A stretch of 64,000 nucleotides of DNA. It comes from Octopus bimaculoides. Taxonomy: Eukaryota. Below the pieces are notes generated by a model. The model was not told the DNA's origin and searched no databases. It was given only the letters and a program-made list of their open reading frames with translations. Position 1 is the stretch's first letter; every line of letters begins with the position of its first letter. A program made the translations under genes and the position numbers. Shown piece by piece: positions 24,851 through 39,094 of this stretch. The stretch covers positions 113,526,807-113,590,806 of the forward strand of contig NC_068986.1 in assembly GCF_001194135.2 (NCBI RefSeq), written 5' to 3'.

Positions 24851-26076
24851 CTATACTTTACCTTTGTAATGGTCTAGGTATGTATGCACATGAATGCATC
24901 CGTCATTTAGGATGTGTCTGTATTTATGTTGTGAAGCTTAGCAGTGGGACAAAAAGAGATCAAATTAGTTGCAGTTTTGATGTGATCCACTTCAGCCTTG
25001 GACAAGTTGAAAGTGATCATATCCACCCAATGTTGTGTCTGAATCACGTGCAAGAACAAAAGAAATATTCGTTTCAGTCACAGAATTTCTAGAAATACAT
25101 TATTCACGTTTCAGCTACAGTTTTGGAAAAGATACGATATTATTTAAGGGATTTTACGCTACTCTTTCTAGCATAAAAATAGTTGCATTGGTCAACGTTT
25201 ATTATTTCAATGTTGATTAGGTTAGTAGTAGCAATGGTGAATTTTAGCAAATATACAGAAAAAAAAGAGGTGATTATTTCCAAGAGAGAGATAGATATAT
25301 AGGTAAAGAGAGATATATAGATGGATAGAGAGAGAGAGGGAGAGAGAAATACGTAGGTAGAAAAGGAGAGAAGTAGAGACAGAAATCAGTGGATAGAAAG
25401 AGAGAAAGAGAAAGGGTGTAAGAAAAAAGACAGAGAAAATATGTTCTATCGTAAACGGACTTCATTGGTGAACATTTAGAAAAAGAAATGAAAAAATGCA
25501 CCAAAAAACTCCAAAAGAATATATAAAGTTTAAAAAGCGTCATTGAGTAAAATGGAAACAATAGGGGTTTTAAACAAAACAATAAAGAAAAACAAATGGC
25601 AAGAAAACAACTGATGTTTTTTTCTCTGTTGTGTGTATAGAGAGGGCAGGATAATTGATAAGATGTGTTGTTGGACTGTCAAGTTTATAGATCCAATAAA
25701 TGATCAGGCTAATTATAAAAGATCTGTAATGAATCACAGCTCCGATAAACGAGTCAGATTGCTTTGATCGAGCAGTTACGCTACCAATGTAACCTGCGTG
25801 CAATAGTTTGCCATACAATACAGATCAATAGCGTTGCCATGGACGACAATCATAATAACGAGACTCATTGTATGCGTAATGTATTTCTGCGAATTCTCTC
25901 TCTACTTCTCTCTCACAACCCACATACACACCAATACTCACACACACAAAAATATTTACATATGCATATATATTGGTATATATATTTGTAATATACATAT
26001 GTATATATGTATATATGTATATACACACATATTTATATACATATACATATATGTGTATGCATATATCTAAAATACG

Positions 26077-26111
<35 letters not shown>

Positions 26112-27178
26112 ATATGTTATATTTGTGTATATATATATATATATTTATATATATGCATTTATATATACGTATACATATATACATATATANNNNNNNNNNN
26201 NNNNNNNNNNNNNNNNNNNNNNNNNNNNNNNNNNNNNNNNNNNNNNNNNNNNNNNNNNNNNNNNNNNNNNNNNNNNNNNNNNNNNNNNNNNNNNNNNNNN
26301 NNNNNNNNNNNNNNNNNNNNNNNNNNNNNNNNNNNNNNNNNNNNNNNNNNNNNNNNNNNNNNNNNNNNNNNNNNNNNNNNNNNNNNNNNNNNNNNNNNNN
26401 NNNNNNNNNNNNNNNNNNNNNNNNNNNNNNNNNNNNNNNNNNNNNNNNNNNNNNNNNNNNNNNNNNNNNNNNNNNNNNNNNNNNNNNNNNNNNNNNNNNN
26501 NNNNNNNNNNNNNNNNNNNNNNNNNNNNNNNNNNNNNNNNNNNNNNNNNNNNNNNNNNNNNNNNNNNNNNNNNNNNNNNNNNNNNNNNNNNNNNNNNNNN
26601 NNNNNNNNNNNNNNNNNNNNNNNNNNNNNNNNNNNNNNNNNNNNNNNNNNNNNNNNNNNNNNNNNNNNNNNNNNNNNNNNNNNNNNNNNNNNNNNNNNNN
26701 NNNNNNNNNNNNNNNNNNNNNNNNNNNNNNNNNNNNNNNNNNNNNNNNNNNNNNNNNNNNNNNNNNNNNNNNNNNNNNNNNNNNNNNNNNNNNNNNNNNN
26801 NNNNNNNNNNNNNNNNNNNNNNNNNNNNNNNNNNNNNNNNNNNNNNNNNNNNNNNNNNNNNNNNNNNNNNNNNNNNNNNNNNNNNNNNNNNNNNNNNNNN
26901 NNNNNNNNNNNNNNNNNNNNNNNNNNNNNNNNNNNNNNNNNNNNNNNNNNNNNNNNNNNNNNNNNNNNNNNNNNNNNNNNNNNNNNNNNNNNNNNNNNNN
27001 NNNNNNNNNNNNNNNNNNNNNNNNNNNNNNNNNNNNNNNNNNNNNNNNNNNNNNNNNNNNNNNNNNNNNNNNNNNNNNNNNNNNNNNNNNNNNNNNNNNN
27101 NNNNNNNNNNNNNNNNNNNNNNNNNNNNNNNNNNNNNNNNNNNNNNNNTATATATATATATATATATATATATTATAC

Positions 27179-27216
<38 letters not shown>

Positions 27217-27249
27217 GTGTGTGTATGTATGTATGTATGTATGTATATC

Positions 27250-27570
27250 ATACTTGTTTTAGTCATTGGACCCATTTGTGGGCACATCTTTGAGGGGTTT
27301 AATCGAACAAAGCACTCCCAAAACTTTTTTTTACACCATGGTACTTACTCTAGCAGTCTCAATTGTCTAATCGCTAAGTTACGGTGACATAAACATCGTT
27401 GCCAAGCGTGGATATGGGACAAATACATACACATATTATATGACGGGCTTCACTTAGTCTCTGTCTACTATTACAACTGACAAGACTTTGGCTGCTTTTA
27501 GTTGAAGACACTTGCCGAAGTGAACCTGCAACCCTGTTGTTGGGAATCAATCTCCTCACAACTCAATCAC
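27250..27570 (-). mobile_element. SINE family B, diverged
   Basis: Reverse complement of the family B body (CGCTAAGTTACGG, AAGACACTTGCC). Confidence 0.6.
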
Positions 27571-27963
27571 TCAAGCACCACACACAGCCATGCATGTACC
27601 TACAAAGGTTCATTTTCTCATATCGGAATGTCCACTTTGCCTGAGCTTGGATGCACGGGGGCAGTTTCTTCTCTTGTTTTCATTGATTGTAGACACTTCA
27701 ACAGTTCCTTTGTCTTCAGCAATGTTCTGGGAAACTACGTTAGGGCCTCTTCCCTTGAGAGGTTTATTTTCTTTTTCAGCCCTTGCACCTCTTGGATATT
27801 TTTGCAAACGGATTGGAAGACGGTTAGATTATTAATGTTGTCTCCTTTATTGCGCTTTTCGCTTGGGACTCGCGCATTTGTACTACTGTTTCTGTGAGGG
27901 GTTTCACTTGGAGCAATAGCATTTTAAAGAAAGATGTCAAGTTTATCTAATCTCACGCACATC

Positions 27964-28005
<42 letters not shown>

Positions 28006-28239
28006 TACACATTCGCACACACACATACACACATTATACACACATTGAAATACACGCGCACATATATATTCTTATAATCTCAACTCTCTTTCGCTCTAGT
28101 AAATCAGTGATATTCAGTGCCACGGATTAACTAGAGTAATTCTATCTGGGAACACTTCCAGTTACTCGACATCTGAGTTGCGTTACGTATTTCTTTCGTT
28201 GTGGGTTGTGACTACATGTGAGATGGGTACGTAAATGGG

Positions 28240-28868
28240 GAGAGAGAGACCGAAAGAGAGACAGACAGACAGACAGAGACAGTGAACGAATAAAGTCGAC
28301 ACGAGAGAAGAATGAGTGGGGATAAAGGGAGAAAGTGAAGGGATGAGGTCGTGGAGGAGAGTAAAAGAGTATATGAGGGGTAGGGAGAGAAGAGAAGGGA
28401 GATTAAGTTGAGAGGAGAGAGCAAGTGAAGGAGGGAGAGGAGAGTAAGTGGTTATAAGAAGGTAATGAGAAGAAAGGGGGTAGGTTGAGAGGGCAGAGTA
28501 GGTTGAGACAGAGAGGAGGGCAAGGTGAAGGTGAGAGGAAATAGTGGATTAAAAGAGAGACAGAGGAGTGAAAGGGAGGGGAGAGTAAGTGAGGGAAAAG
28601 TGGAGAGGAAATAGAAAGGAGGGAGGTGAGGAGCAGGCTGGGAGTATAGCAGGTGAGGCGGTGGGGTGGTGAGTTGAAAGAGAGAAAATGGAAGGATTAA
28701 GGGTTAGAAGGAATGGAGGTGAGAAAGAGAATGGGGAGAGGAGATGAGGGGTCGGTGGAAGGAAAGAAGGTTAGGTGGAGGAGAACGAGTTAAAAGAGTG
28801 AGTATGGAAAAAGGGGTCAGAGAGAATAGGGAGGTTGTGGTGGCTGAAGGGAACGTGATATTCTACAT

Positions 28869-28919
<51 letters not shown>

Positions 28920-28935
28920 TATCGATAGAGAGGGG
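28240..28935 (+). repeat. ~700-bp polypurine (GA-rich) tract ending in (GA)n
   Basis: Strong purine bias on the + strand, directly visible. Confidence 0.85.
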
Positions 28936-29899
28936 AAATACTGAGCGACCCGTGAAACATATATTGATTGAATTGTTCCAGCTGTTGATAAACATAGGTA
29001 TTATGAGATATTTGGGGTGAGATGTTATATGCGGTTTAGATTTCGGAAAATTATATATATATATATAATATNNNNNNNNNNNNNNNNNNNNNNNNNNNNN
29101 NNNNNNNNNNNNNNNNNNNNNNNNNNNNNNNNNNNNNNNNNNNNNNNNNNNNNNNNNNNNNNNNNNNNNNNNNNNNNNNNNNNNNNNNNNNNNNNNNNNN
29201 NNNNNNNNNNNNNNNNNNNNNNNNNNNNNNNNNNNNNNNNNNNNNNNNNNNNNNNNNNNNNNNNNNNNNNNNNNNNNNNNNNNNNNNNNNNNNNNNNNNN
29301 NNNNNNNNNNNNNNNNNNNNNNNNNNNNNNNNNNNNNNNNNNNNNNNNNNNNNNNNNNNNNNNNNNNNNNNNNNNNNNNNNNNNNNNNNNNNNNNNNNNN
29401 NNNNNNNNNNNNNNNNNNNNNNATATATATATATATATATATACACACACATATACATACACACACACACATATATATATATACAAGCATACATACATAT
29501 ATATGTATGTGTATATGTATATCTGCATATATATGTGTGTGTGTGTATATATACATCTGCATATATATATATATGTGTGTGTTTATGTATATCTGCATAT
29601 ATATGTGTGTATGTATGTATGTGTATGTGTATGTATGTATCTATTGTATGCATGTATGTGTGTATGTAAAATGTATGAGAAATCTTTTATAAGCTGTTGC
29701 GATGCGTGAAAACAATATAAAGCCTATTTGTACACAGCGAAAGATATCAAATTAAATATCTTGTCATGTTTACCCAACGTTAACGATATGCTATAGTCAC
29801 GTAAACAAACCTACATATTTTAGGTCTAACAAAAACATGAACAACGCCGCTTACCTGGATAATTTCTCATTTGATAACTTACATTAATGAACACAATTT

Positions 29900-30300
29900 G
29901 TAATACATACTTTACTTCAAGTTATTACTCTAAGAGACAAAATGTAAACGAGAAATTTGACAATATTTCCAATTTTTTCAGTCACGAGGCGTCGGGCTGG
30001 AGATTTTCGAGAATTCGATATCAGACATTCTGGCCTCGGGTTCTCGTCTAAGATTCTATGTATTATACCAGGAACTGCCGGTATCAACATTGAAGTCATT
30101 TATTTGTCCGGACTCTCCGCTAAATTTCGATCAGGTCCTACATTGTTCACAAAATTTGAATTCATTTATTCTGGTTAGTAACAATTCATTTTAGACTTGC
30201 CTATGATGTCGCTCGTTCCATCTTCATAAGCATGTATTGCTTTAGTGAAAGGAAGCAATAAAAATATACAGAAATGAATCATTTGCGAAGCTATCTTCAT
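29900..30300 (-). mobile_element. Possible CR1/Jockey inter-domain linker remnant
   Basis: SNFVNNVGPDRNLAES and KSPA.. resemble the FVNVGPxLA and KSxGxD motifs that precede the LINE RT. Confidence 0.3.
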
Positions 30301-31364
30301 CAGGAAATGTTCGGTCGTAAGGCATTTATCGTCATAAGACCATTGATGGCAATAACAATATTAAACTCAACGTTGTACTTCCTTCGCCGAGTCTTCGATA
30401 CGGGATAGGTTTATAACACCTCTTCAGAAGTTCACATGTAATAACAGCTTCATTTTATCGTTTTGCTTTGGAGATGACTTTTGGGAAATTACAAGTTTTA
30501 GGATTCATTGTTTATTATTGTTTATTTATTGAGTCATTAGAATTTCTGGACAAAATGTTTCGTGACATTTCTTCCGGTTCTTTCTTTTAGTCAGTCTTCA
30601 AATTGCACTGAGATCGACTTTGCCTTTCGCTACTTTGAGATCGATAAAATAACTTCCAATCAAGTCGATGCAATCAATTTTCTCCTTACCTCAAAACTGC
30701 TGCCCTTCTGGACAAATATATTCTCCTCCATCATCTATTTATCATAGTTTCTCGTAGGAAAATCTTAGTCTGTCGTAGAAATGTAACACCGCGCCTTTGT
30801 CAAGTACTTAAAATTTTCTTTTTTTTTTTCTCTTTTCCACTTCTATATTTCGTCCAGTCATGTCTTCAGAATTCAGAGGCATTTCTTGCCACCGTACTAT
30901 CATGATATTTTGTAAACTTTTTTCCAAATAAGTTTTTATTTATTTATCTATTTATATATTTGTCTATTTATTAGCTATTTTCTCCTTCCATCTTCCAAAT
31001 TCTATGTGCTGACTTCCTTGAAGACAACAATTATTTTCAATAATGTTACTACTATTATTATTGTTGTTGTTGTTGCTTAAACTGTCTGTACCATCTGCTT
31101 TCCAGCGTAAAAATGTAGCCACCTATATGATACCTTAATTCATGAAGACACTTCACACAGTTTACCAAATCTTTTTGTCACCTATTAAAATTATAGCCGC
31201 TCCTGTGCCTCTAATAGTTACGATTCACCATTTTCTTTTTCACTCGTTGTCTATAAAACATTTCAACCATAAAAATCAAAACCTCCGCCATTTATTTTCT
31301 CTTATCTTCAAATTATTTCCCGACCAAATATTATAACTAACAGAATTTTAATACTATCTCGCAC

Positions 31365-31570
31365 ATTAAAGCAGCCACATGGCACAAGCGTTAGCACGCC
31401 GGGAAAAATGCTTAGCTGCCTTCCGTCTGCCTTTACGTTTTAAGTTCAAATCCTGAAAAGGTCGACTTTACATTTCATACCTTCGGGGTCGATAAAATAA
31501 GTATTAGCTGAGCAATATGGTCAATGTAATACACTAGTCCCTCTCTCCACTCCCAATTGCTGGCATTGTG
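31365..31570 (+). mobile_element. SINE family A
   Basis: GTTAGCACGCCGGG..ATGCTTAGC..AAGTTCAAAT..CTTCGGGGTCGATAAAATAAGTA. Confidence 0.7.
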
Positions 31571-32699
31571 ACACCAATAGTCTCTTCTCGTGCCTCGGGT
31601 TCGACGGTCTTCAGGTGACACATTATCTAAAAGCTTAGTCCTGCCTGTTTGGGAAGGAATAGAAGAAAAGAAGCAATCGCTTGAAATATTTTGTTATGTG
31701 TAGATTACAGTTTCAGCGAGGAATGTCCTGCTGATAGGTCATTAACACCACTACTTCCTGATTCTACTACAGCTTAACTTTAACGGATGCTACATAATGG
31801 AATTAAGAAATCGATATTTCATAACTATATCGTACATTTTATCTTTGGAAACACTTATCGGTTATTCCTTTGAAGTCGCTCTGTCACAAAGACGTCGGTG
31901 AGTATACAACGCACGAGATGTCAACCTTATGTCATATTAATATGATATTTCAAAACAAATTGTTACTTTCGTCTCTTTTATGTGTTAACCATTAGTAAAA
32001 CTATATTTCTGGATAAGAAAAAATATCTGTCTTCTATAAATCGTTATGTTCATATTCTTCCTCTACTTTACTTTGACTAACTGCACTACAAGTTGATGTG
32101 TTTTTATTTGGGTCATTGACTTACTTTATAGCAGCAAACACAGGCCTCACTTCTCTTTTATCAATTTAAGAACATAAGCTATATATTTCTATTGACTTTC
32201 CTGATCTCATTGATTGAGGAAGACGTTCGTGTGTGTCTCATAGTCAATACATTCAGATGCAACCAGACAAAGATGCTATAAATGTTACAGTTTGTTTGAT
32301 GTTTTTACTGACTGTAAAATAACCAAAACTAAAATTTCGTTCAAGTCAAAGTTGAAACTTGTCAGAGAAAAGACTATTAAAACAAATTCATTTAAGTTGG
32401 ATGGTCTTCATTAATTGTGTTATATAGTGGGAAATGGGAATGTAAAGAAAATATCAAGATAAATGAGACATGTCTCTATAGGTCTAAGATGTTTTTAGAA
32501 AATTGTGACAGATATCTGTCATGATTTCATGGGTTCATAAAGGCCGCTGTGAGTGAGTAAGAGAGCCGTCCAGAATATAGGTAGCTATCTAAGAACTCTT
32601 TCTAATAATGAGGAAAATTATTTTTAAAATGTAGTCGTAAATCGCACAATACACACTCAAACGGGTGGATTACATCTTTTTATGAACAAAATAATGCTA

Positions 32700-33400
32700 A
32701 AGTACTTAAAGGAAAATGGGAATAGGCAACATCTGAGAGAACGGAAGGATTGTTATTTCCAGTTAATTGGGTCTCGCCATTTTTAATGGATAGTAATCCA
32801 GTAAGATTGTGGCTGTTAAATAGAATATCAACATAAAAGAAGAGCCGTGTGTTTTAACACACGAACAACTGAAATATGGAAAATGATGCATCAGTAGAAG
32901 GTTTCTGATAAAAGTCACCAGGGAAACTTTTGTACTGTAACATATCAATACAAGAAAGAAATGTTGGTAAATGTTTCACTAGTTCCACATATAATGAAGA
33001 AATTAGCAGAACATTGCTGAAAAGATACTAAGATCAAAGAAAAAGAAAAAGTGAGCTACACTATTTTTCATTGATTCTGGATTGTATTTGGCATAAACCA
33101 GGGACAAAGTATGGAACTTAATATACAACTGATTGTTTGTGAAAACAATCCACATTATATGGAACAGGTCCAAGCTCAAGTCACTCGCGGTTCTTTCTAT
33201 TGTTGTATTCCTATTATTTTTGCAAATATTTCAGAGGTAACAGCATATCCGCAACATTACGTAAAAAATATTATTCAAAGATTTGAAGCAGATACAAAAC
33301 CAAAGACAGTCCTTGAAATTATTGCCCGCCCTACGATCCCTAGCAAAGTATGTGATTCATATTTCTGTTCATTTGTCTAATATTTGAGATTATCTATTGT
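32700..33400 (+). mobile_element. Decayed hAT transposase (ZMYM1/DUF4371-like)
   Basis: GNFCTV..LAEH (GNF..L..HL motif) and YFSLILDC (first catalytic Asp region). Frameshifts and stops. Confidence 0.45.
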
Positions 33401-34112
33401 GACTACATAGTTATAAACACGGTCATATATTTGTATATAAAACATAGAGGTTTCCACTCTAAAGAATTCCGTAATTAACAATGTCATTCTATTGCCTAGA
33501 CAGGTTGGTGTGAACCAGCTAGAAGTACTTCACATGCTCGTTCAACACGCTAAAATGAGTACACACATATCCTTCAAACTAAACCCTGCCGTCTAAAAGG
33601 GTTCACGGCCACGTTACATGAAGTAATCCTAGAGACGACCAAAACGGACTGGTAAAGGCTGTAATATCTTTAACCACAAACCTATTTCCTCAAGACTTGT
33701 CCTGGGCAAAAATATCGGCATGCACTTTATCCTATCCGTTGATATATCAATGCTTGGAAAACCCTGGTCTTCATAAAAACTTCCTAGATAGAGGCCTCGT
33801 TTCTACTCACTGGAAGTACATTGCGTACAATTAAAATAATTTAAATGCGAGATGACTCAGTTTCCTAAAAGAGGCAGAATGATAATTTCCAACTTAAAAT
33901 ATGCGGTGGCGTGATCTGCTAGAAACTGCACCCAACGAAACGAGTCAATAATTACTCTTTCCTTCAAACAATTACATGTTACACATTATTCAGTTGTTGA
34001 TTTTGGTGATGGTTCGTACTATATCTGCCCCCCCCCCCCAAAGGAGTCGATTGTAATAAAGACTGTTCAGATTATTCAGAATATTCAGATTATTCCATAT
34101 TTTTATAGGTAC

Positions 34113-34190
34113 AGGGTAGCAAGAGCTACATTGTACCTATAGGGTAGCAAGGGCTACATTGTACCTATAGGGTAGCAAGGGCTACATTGT
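34113..34190 (+). repeat. 28-bp minisatellite, about 2.8 copies
   Basis: AGGGTAGCAAG(A/G)GCTACATTGTACCTAT at 34113, 34141 and 34169 (partial). Confidence 0.9.
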
Positions 34191-34823
34191 CCAATGTTCC
34201 CTTAATGAAAAACACTCCAGTATGATTCGAAAAAAAAAACTAACTTTCATTTCTATCGAGTCACGTGACCGTCCAGATGTTTCCTCGTCGTCTCAAGACC
34301 ATTCAGTAATGATTAATGACGTCACTGTCCCCGTGAGCGACAAAGAGGACGACTGTGTGGTCGGTTGGTTGGTTGGTTAATGGCTACTCTCTTCAACTTC
34401 GGTTGTCAATAGCAACGCTTCCTCTTGACTTATATGTATTTATATAAGGAGATTCTCTGAAACGTTCAGTTGAACAATTGTCGTAAGACTGACTTGTATA
34501 CACATAACGTTGTCATTCTCTCTCTCAAACTAAATCATCTTGTCTCACAGACGTGATATAGAAATGAAGTTGGCATAGAAACAGGAATATAGTGCCATTG
34601 AAGTATAATGAAAACGATATCATTTCTCATTGTTTCTCTTGGAAACAATGGTTCACATAATGAGAGGGAGAGAGAGAGAGAGAAACTTGATGCTATACAA
34701 CTATCTAATTATCTATCTATTGGAACGAAAACACACACACGCGGACACACAGGCGAACACACACTCACATACACTTATAAATACATACTCATACACATGC
34801 GCGCACACCCACATATATGTATG

Positions 34824-34855
<32 letters not shown>

Positions 34856-35141
34856 NNNNNNNNNNNNNNNNNNNNNNNNNNNNNNNNNNNNNNNNNNNNN
34901 NNNNNNNNNNNNNNNNNNNNNNNNNNNNNNNNNNNNNNNNNNNNNNNNNNNNNNNNNNNNNNNNNNNNNNNNNNNNNNNNNNNNNNNNNNNNNNNNNNNN
35001 NNNNNNNNNNNNNNNNNNNNNNNNNNNNNNNNNNNNNNNNNNNNNNNNNNNNNNNNNNNNNNNNNNNNNNNNNNNNNNNNNNNNNNNNNNNNNNNNNNNN
35101 NNNNNNNNNNNNNNNNNNNNNNNNNNNNNNNNNNNNNNNNN

Positions 35142-35186
<45 letters not shown>

Positions 35187-35248
35187 CCATACATACATGC
35201 ATACATACATCCATACATACATACATACATACATACAGACAGACAGAC

Positions 35249-35300
<52 letters not shown>

Positions 35301-37118
35301 TGATAGATAGATATATGTTGTGTGTGTGTGTGTGTACCCTAGAAAATCCATAATTCATAGAAAAATATGCACTCATATATTTGTCATATTTGTCATTAGA
35401 AAGGGCATAATAATGGTGATGTACAGTATTATATATCCATTACAGCAGATCGCAGCAATCGGTTTCGCACTAGGAGTTCAACGGGGTGAAAATATGTTAA
35501 ATAACAACACGATTATGTAAGCTTGCATTCTTCAGAGATAACAGTTATGCACGACAAGATGGTGACTTAATTTTTGGAGGTGGACGAGTACATCCTGTTT
35601 GTGGTTACTGGGGAAAAGTCGGCAATTCAGTAAAGTCATCACATTTTTTCTTGTACGACTGCTATCTCTAAAGGGCGCTATGTTGCATGAGTGGGCTGTT
35701 AACTAGCACCTCGTGGAACCTCTTGTGCAAAACCAATTGGTGAAACCGATTGGTATGATATTGTACAAATTCGATTGGGATACGCTTGATAATTGCAGTT
35801 CTACAAAGAAATAAAATGTGAATACAATGGCTGGAATATGTTCGATCAGTGTTCATCCATTCCCCTAATGGTTGTGTATAAACAGCAATATCTGTTATTA
35901 TAGGTTCTTCACGTAAAGGAATTCAGGTGAGGCAATGCAATGCACTTCGTCATAGGATTCAGCGCTTGGAGTAAAACTGATGCTGTTTATTTATGTGCAG
36001 TTTCAATGTTTGAAGTGAAACCATACAGATAAGACTCGATCCGCCGTTGCAGATTCGCAAATTTAAGGCAGTCTATTTGTGCGTTTGTTCTGCAGTAAAT
36101 ACATTTTGAAATCTTAAACTCCAACCGTTAATGACTGTTTAAAGTCGAGAGCTTTATCTCGCGGCAAAATGTCGAAATACATGATTCCGCTGTGTTTGTT
36201 TTGATTTCGAGTTTAACAAGAAATGAAATAATTGCTGCCCTGTCAGCAGATACCTCAAATGTGATTTTTGATGTCTCTTGCACTTTTGAAGATAACATCG
36301 GCGTTTGTGGTGCAGATAAGTGCAAACTAACCATTTTTAGCTGGAACTCACAATTTATTGCAATTTCTGTTAATAATCAAAGAAGGCAGCCAAATTGAAC
36401 TTTCCAGGAAGAAATGTAAATTAGTAAGCGGAGAATTTTAGAGCGAACTGCGGTGACGTTTGCATTCAATCTAGTGTCTGATCAAATTACAGCAACAAAT
36501 ATTTAAATTATTTCGCAGGAAATGTATTGCACACGTAAGTATGAGTTCATTATTGTCTGATAGAAGATCGATGAAGTTTTGAGGCGTGTAACTCTAATAG
36601 GATACGAAATGTTAATGAAAGTACTAAATCACCTGACAGCCATCAATAGCTGCCTGTCGAGACCAATAATGCCGGAAGTGAGCTACTCGAAGACTTGAGG
36701 CGCCATCTACCTGTAGCACTAATATTTCAAGTTGACATCTTTCTAACGAGTTCAGTAACACGCGATAATTCTGCTCTTGATATTAATAAATACACGGCCA
36801 GACTAAAACATATACACATACAAATCAGTATGTATGTATGTATGTATGTATGTATGTATGTATGTATGTATGTATGTATGCATGTAAGTATGTATGTATG
36901 TATGTATGCCTATATGTATGTGTGTGTATGTACATGTGCGTATAGATCTGTAAGTTAGTATATATATANNNNNNNNNNNNNNNNNNNNNNNNNNNNNNNN
37001 NNNNNNNNNNNNNNNNNNNNNNNNNNNNNNNNNNNNNNNNNNNNNNNNNNNNNNNNNNNNNNNNNNNNNNNNNNNNNNNATATATAAATATTGTATTAGT
37101 GTGTATGTATACATTATA

Positions 37119-37154
<36 letters not shown>

Positions 37155-37899
37155 TGTATGTATGTATGTATGTATGTATATATGTATGGTGGCAAATATA
37201 GAGAATGTGGAGCGATTGCGTCATTACATCTGCCATGTATAAACTTGATATTATGTTTCTTTTATAGCACTGCCTACTGACGACGAATCTATTATTACAC
37301 CAATGGCCAGTGATAGTAGACATCTATCAACTGAATAAAGTATCCAATAACAAAAATATAGAATAAAAATTGAACTCCATAATGATTGATGTAAAATATA
37401 ACATGACCATTGGCTGGATATTGTATCAACAAATACATCAACAATTAGAAGTGTAGAGAGTGCGATAACAAAAAAGAAAGAAAGTCAAATACATTGTGCA
37501 TTGAATGTCTCAACATGGGAATTATATGTACTAGAGATTGAAAGCACCGAATAACTGATGAAATAATATTGTTAATATTATCACGTTTCGAATTTTGCTC
37601 AATACAAATAGGTAAAGATGGCCGTTATTATAGAAAAAGATTATTAGTGGCGTATGGGGATAGTGGCCGAGTGCATTGGAAAGAATATTTGCCAGTGTTT
37701 CACTGTTTCATTAACATGTTTCATGAGAATGTTCGCATCGTGAGTTCGCATCCGATCGAGGTCATCATAACTTTTCTGCCCATTGGGGGCTGTTAAAGGG
37801 AAGCATCAGTTAAGCATTATAATCAATTAAACCCCTTTCGTTAAATTTCATCTTACACTCGTATTACAAATACTTTCTTCTTCTTCTTCTTCAATCGTG

Positions 37900-38870
37900 T
37901 ATATTATTATTATTCCTTCGTAACACAGTGTAAGTAAAAATGCACAAGAGTCTTTAGTCATATGTCAAGTCACAACAAGGATCTCAGACAGGTAATACTT
38001 TCCTTCAGATGCCCAATAAGGCTGCTTTTTGCAAGACCTCAATTTTGCACGGATTTCCTGTTGCCTTAAGAAGTCCTCAAGTTTCAATGGGATTGAGCCC
38101 AACGCTCCGATCACCACTGGTATCACTTTTACATTACCTTCTCGCATTCTATACTGTCTTACTATTTTCACTTTTAATTCGGTGATTTTTTCAACCTCTT
38201 TACTCACAACATTCATGTCATTTGGTATGGCTACACCAATGATCTGATAGTATTTGTCTCTCTTATTCAATGTGACAATATCCGGCTGACGGTGTTTGAT
38301 TACACGATCCGTCTGAAAATCATAGTCCCAGAGTATCATTTCTTTTCCATCCTCCTGCATAACTTTACTTGGTACATGCTCGTACCAGTTCCCTGTTACT
38401 TCATATTGGTATGTACGGCATAAGAGCCAATGAACGTACACACACACTTTATCGTGGCGGCTTTTTCTGCAAGGCTCTCACACCCACTTACCAAGTGGAT
38501 CACGTTTTCCTCACTCTTTCCACAGAGACTGCATTTCTGGGTGTCAAAGGTTTTATAGATGTTATACTTCACTAACTTCGTAGCGAGAGCCTGGTCTAGT
38601 GCAGCAATGACCAGGCTTTCGGTGGTACGCTTCAAATCATTTCGCTCAAACCATGCCCACAATTCTGTTTTATCCTCAACGTTTTGTGTATTCCTTTCAA
38701 ACTGTCCGTGCATTCTCATTTCAAGAAGGTCTTCTTTTTTCTTCTCAGCTCTTTGCTTAAACTTTTCCTTGCCCATCATTTCATCTGCATTTACATCCAT
38801 ATCTTTCGCGACATTTTTGCCCGTCATGCTCACGTTTTTGATCGACGTGCTCACGGTTTTGTCTAATAAT
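37900..38870 (-). mobile_element. R4/Dong-type LINE 3' portion (CCHC finger + RLE endonuclease), second family
   Basis: MHGQF..WFERNDLKRTTESLVIAALDQAL, CSLCGKSEENVIHLVSGC, ILWDYDFQTDRVIKHRQPDIV, VIPVVIGALG, followed by an (AAT)-type tail. Confidence 0.9.
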
Positions 38871-38889
38871 TAACATAATCCTTTCTACT

Positions 38890-39094
38890 ATAGGCACAAG
38901 GCCTGGAATTTATGGGGAGGGAAGATAGTCGATCACATCGACCCCAGTACTTGACTGGTAGTTAATTCATCGACTCCGAAAGAATGAACGGCGAAGTCGA
39001 CCTCGGCGGAATTTGAACTCAGGATATGAAGACAGGCGAAATACCACTTAGCATTTTTCCCGGCGTGCTAACGATTCTACCAGCTCGCCGCCTT
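38890..39094 (-). mobile_element. SINE family A
   Basis: Clear reverse complement of the GGCGGCGAGCTGG..GTTAGCACGCCGGG..GAGTTCAAATTCCGCCGAGGTCGAC pattern. Confidence 0.8.

Noticed and set aside
25825-27387. Long ORFs of 380-451 aa here, and similar ORFs at 1830-2595, 13497-14267, 23329-23942, 28771-29709, 34608-35376, 43880-44374, 56077-56559 and 61222-61704
   Set aside because: They consist of N-gap X runs plus translated (TA)n or (TG)n repeats, so they are not evidence of coding.
27502-27897. 131-aa + strand ORF and overlapping minus-strand ORFs
   Set aside because: It starts inside a SINE, has no recognisable domain, and any Tc1 HTH resemblance is too weak.
30560-30750. Protein-like DDGGEYICPEGQQF on the minus strand
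   Set aside because: Interrupted by stops within about 15 codons and not assignable to a family.
34113-34190. 28-bp repeats as a CRISPR array
   Set aside because: There are no spacers or cas genes, and the context is eukaryotic.
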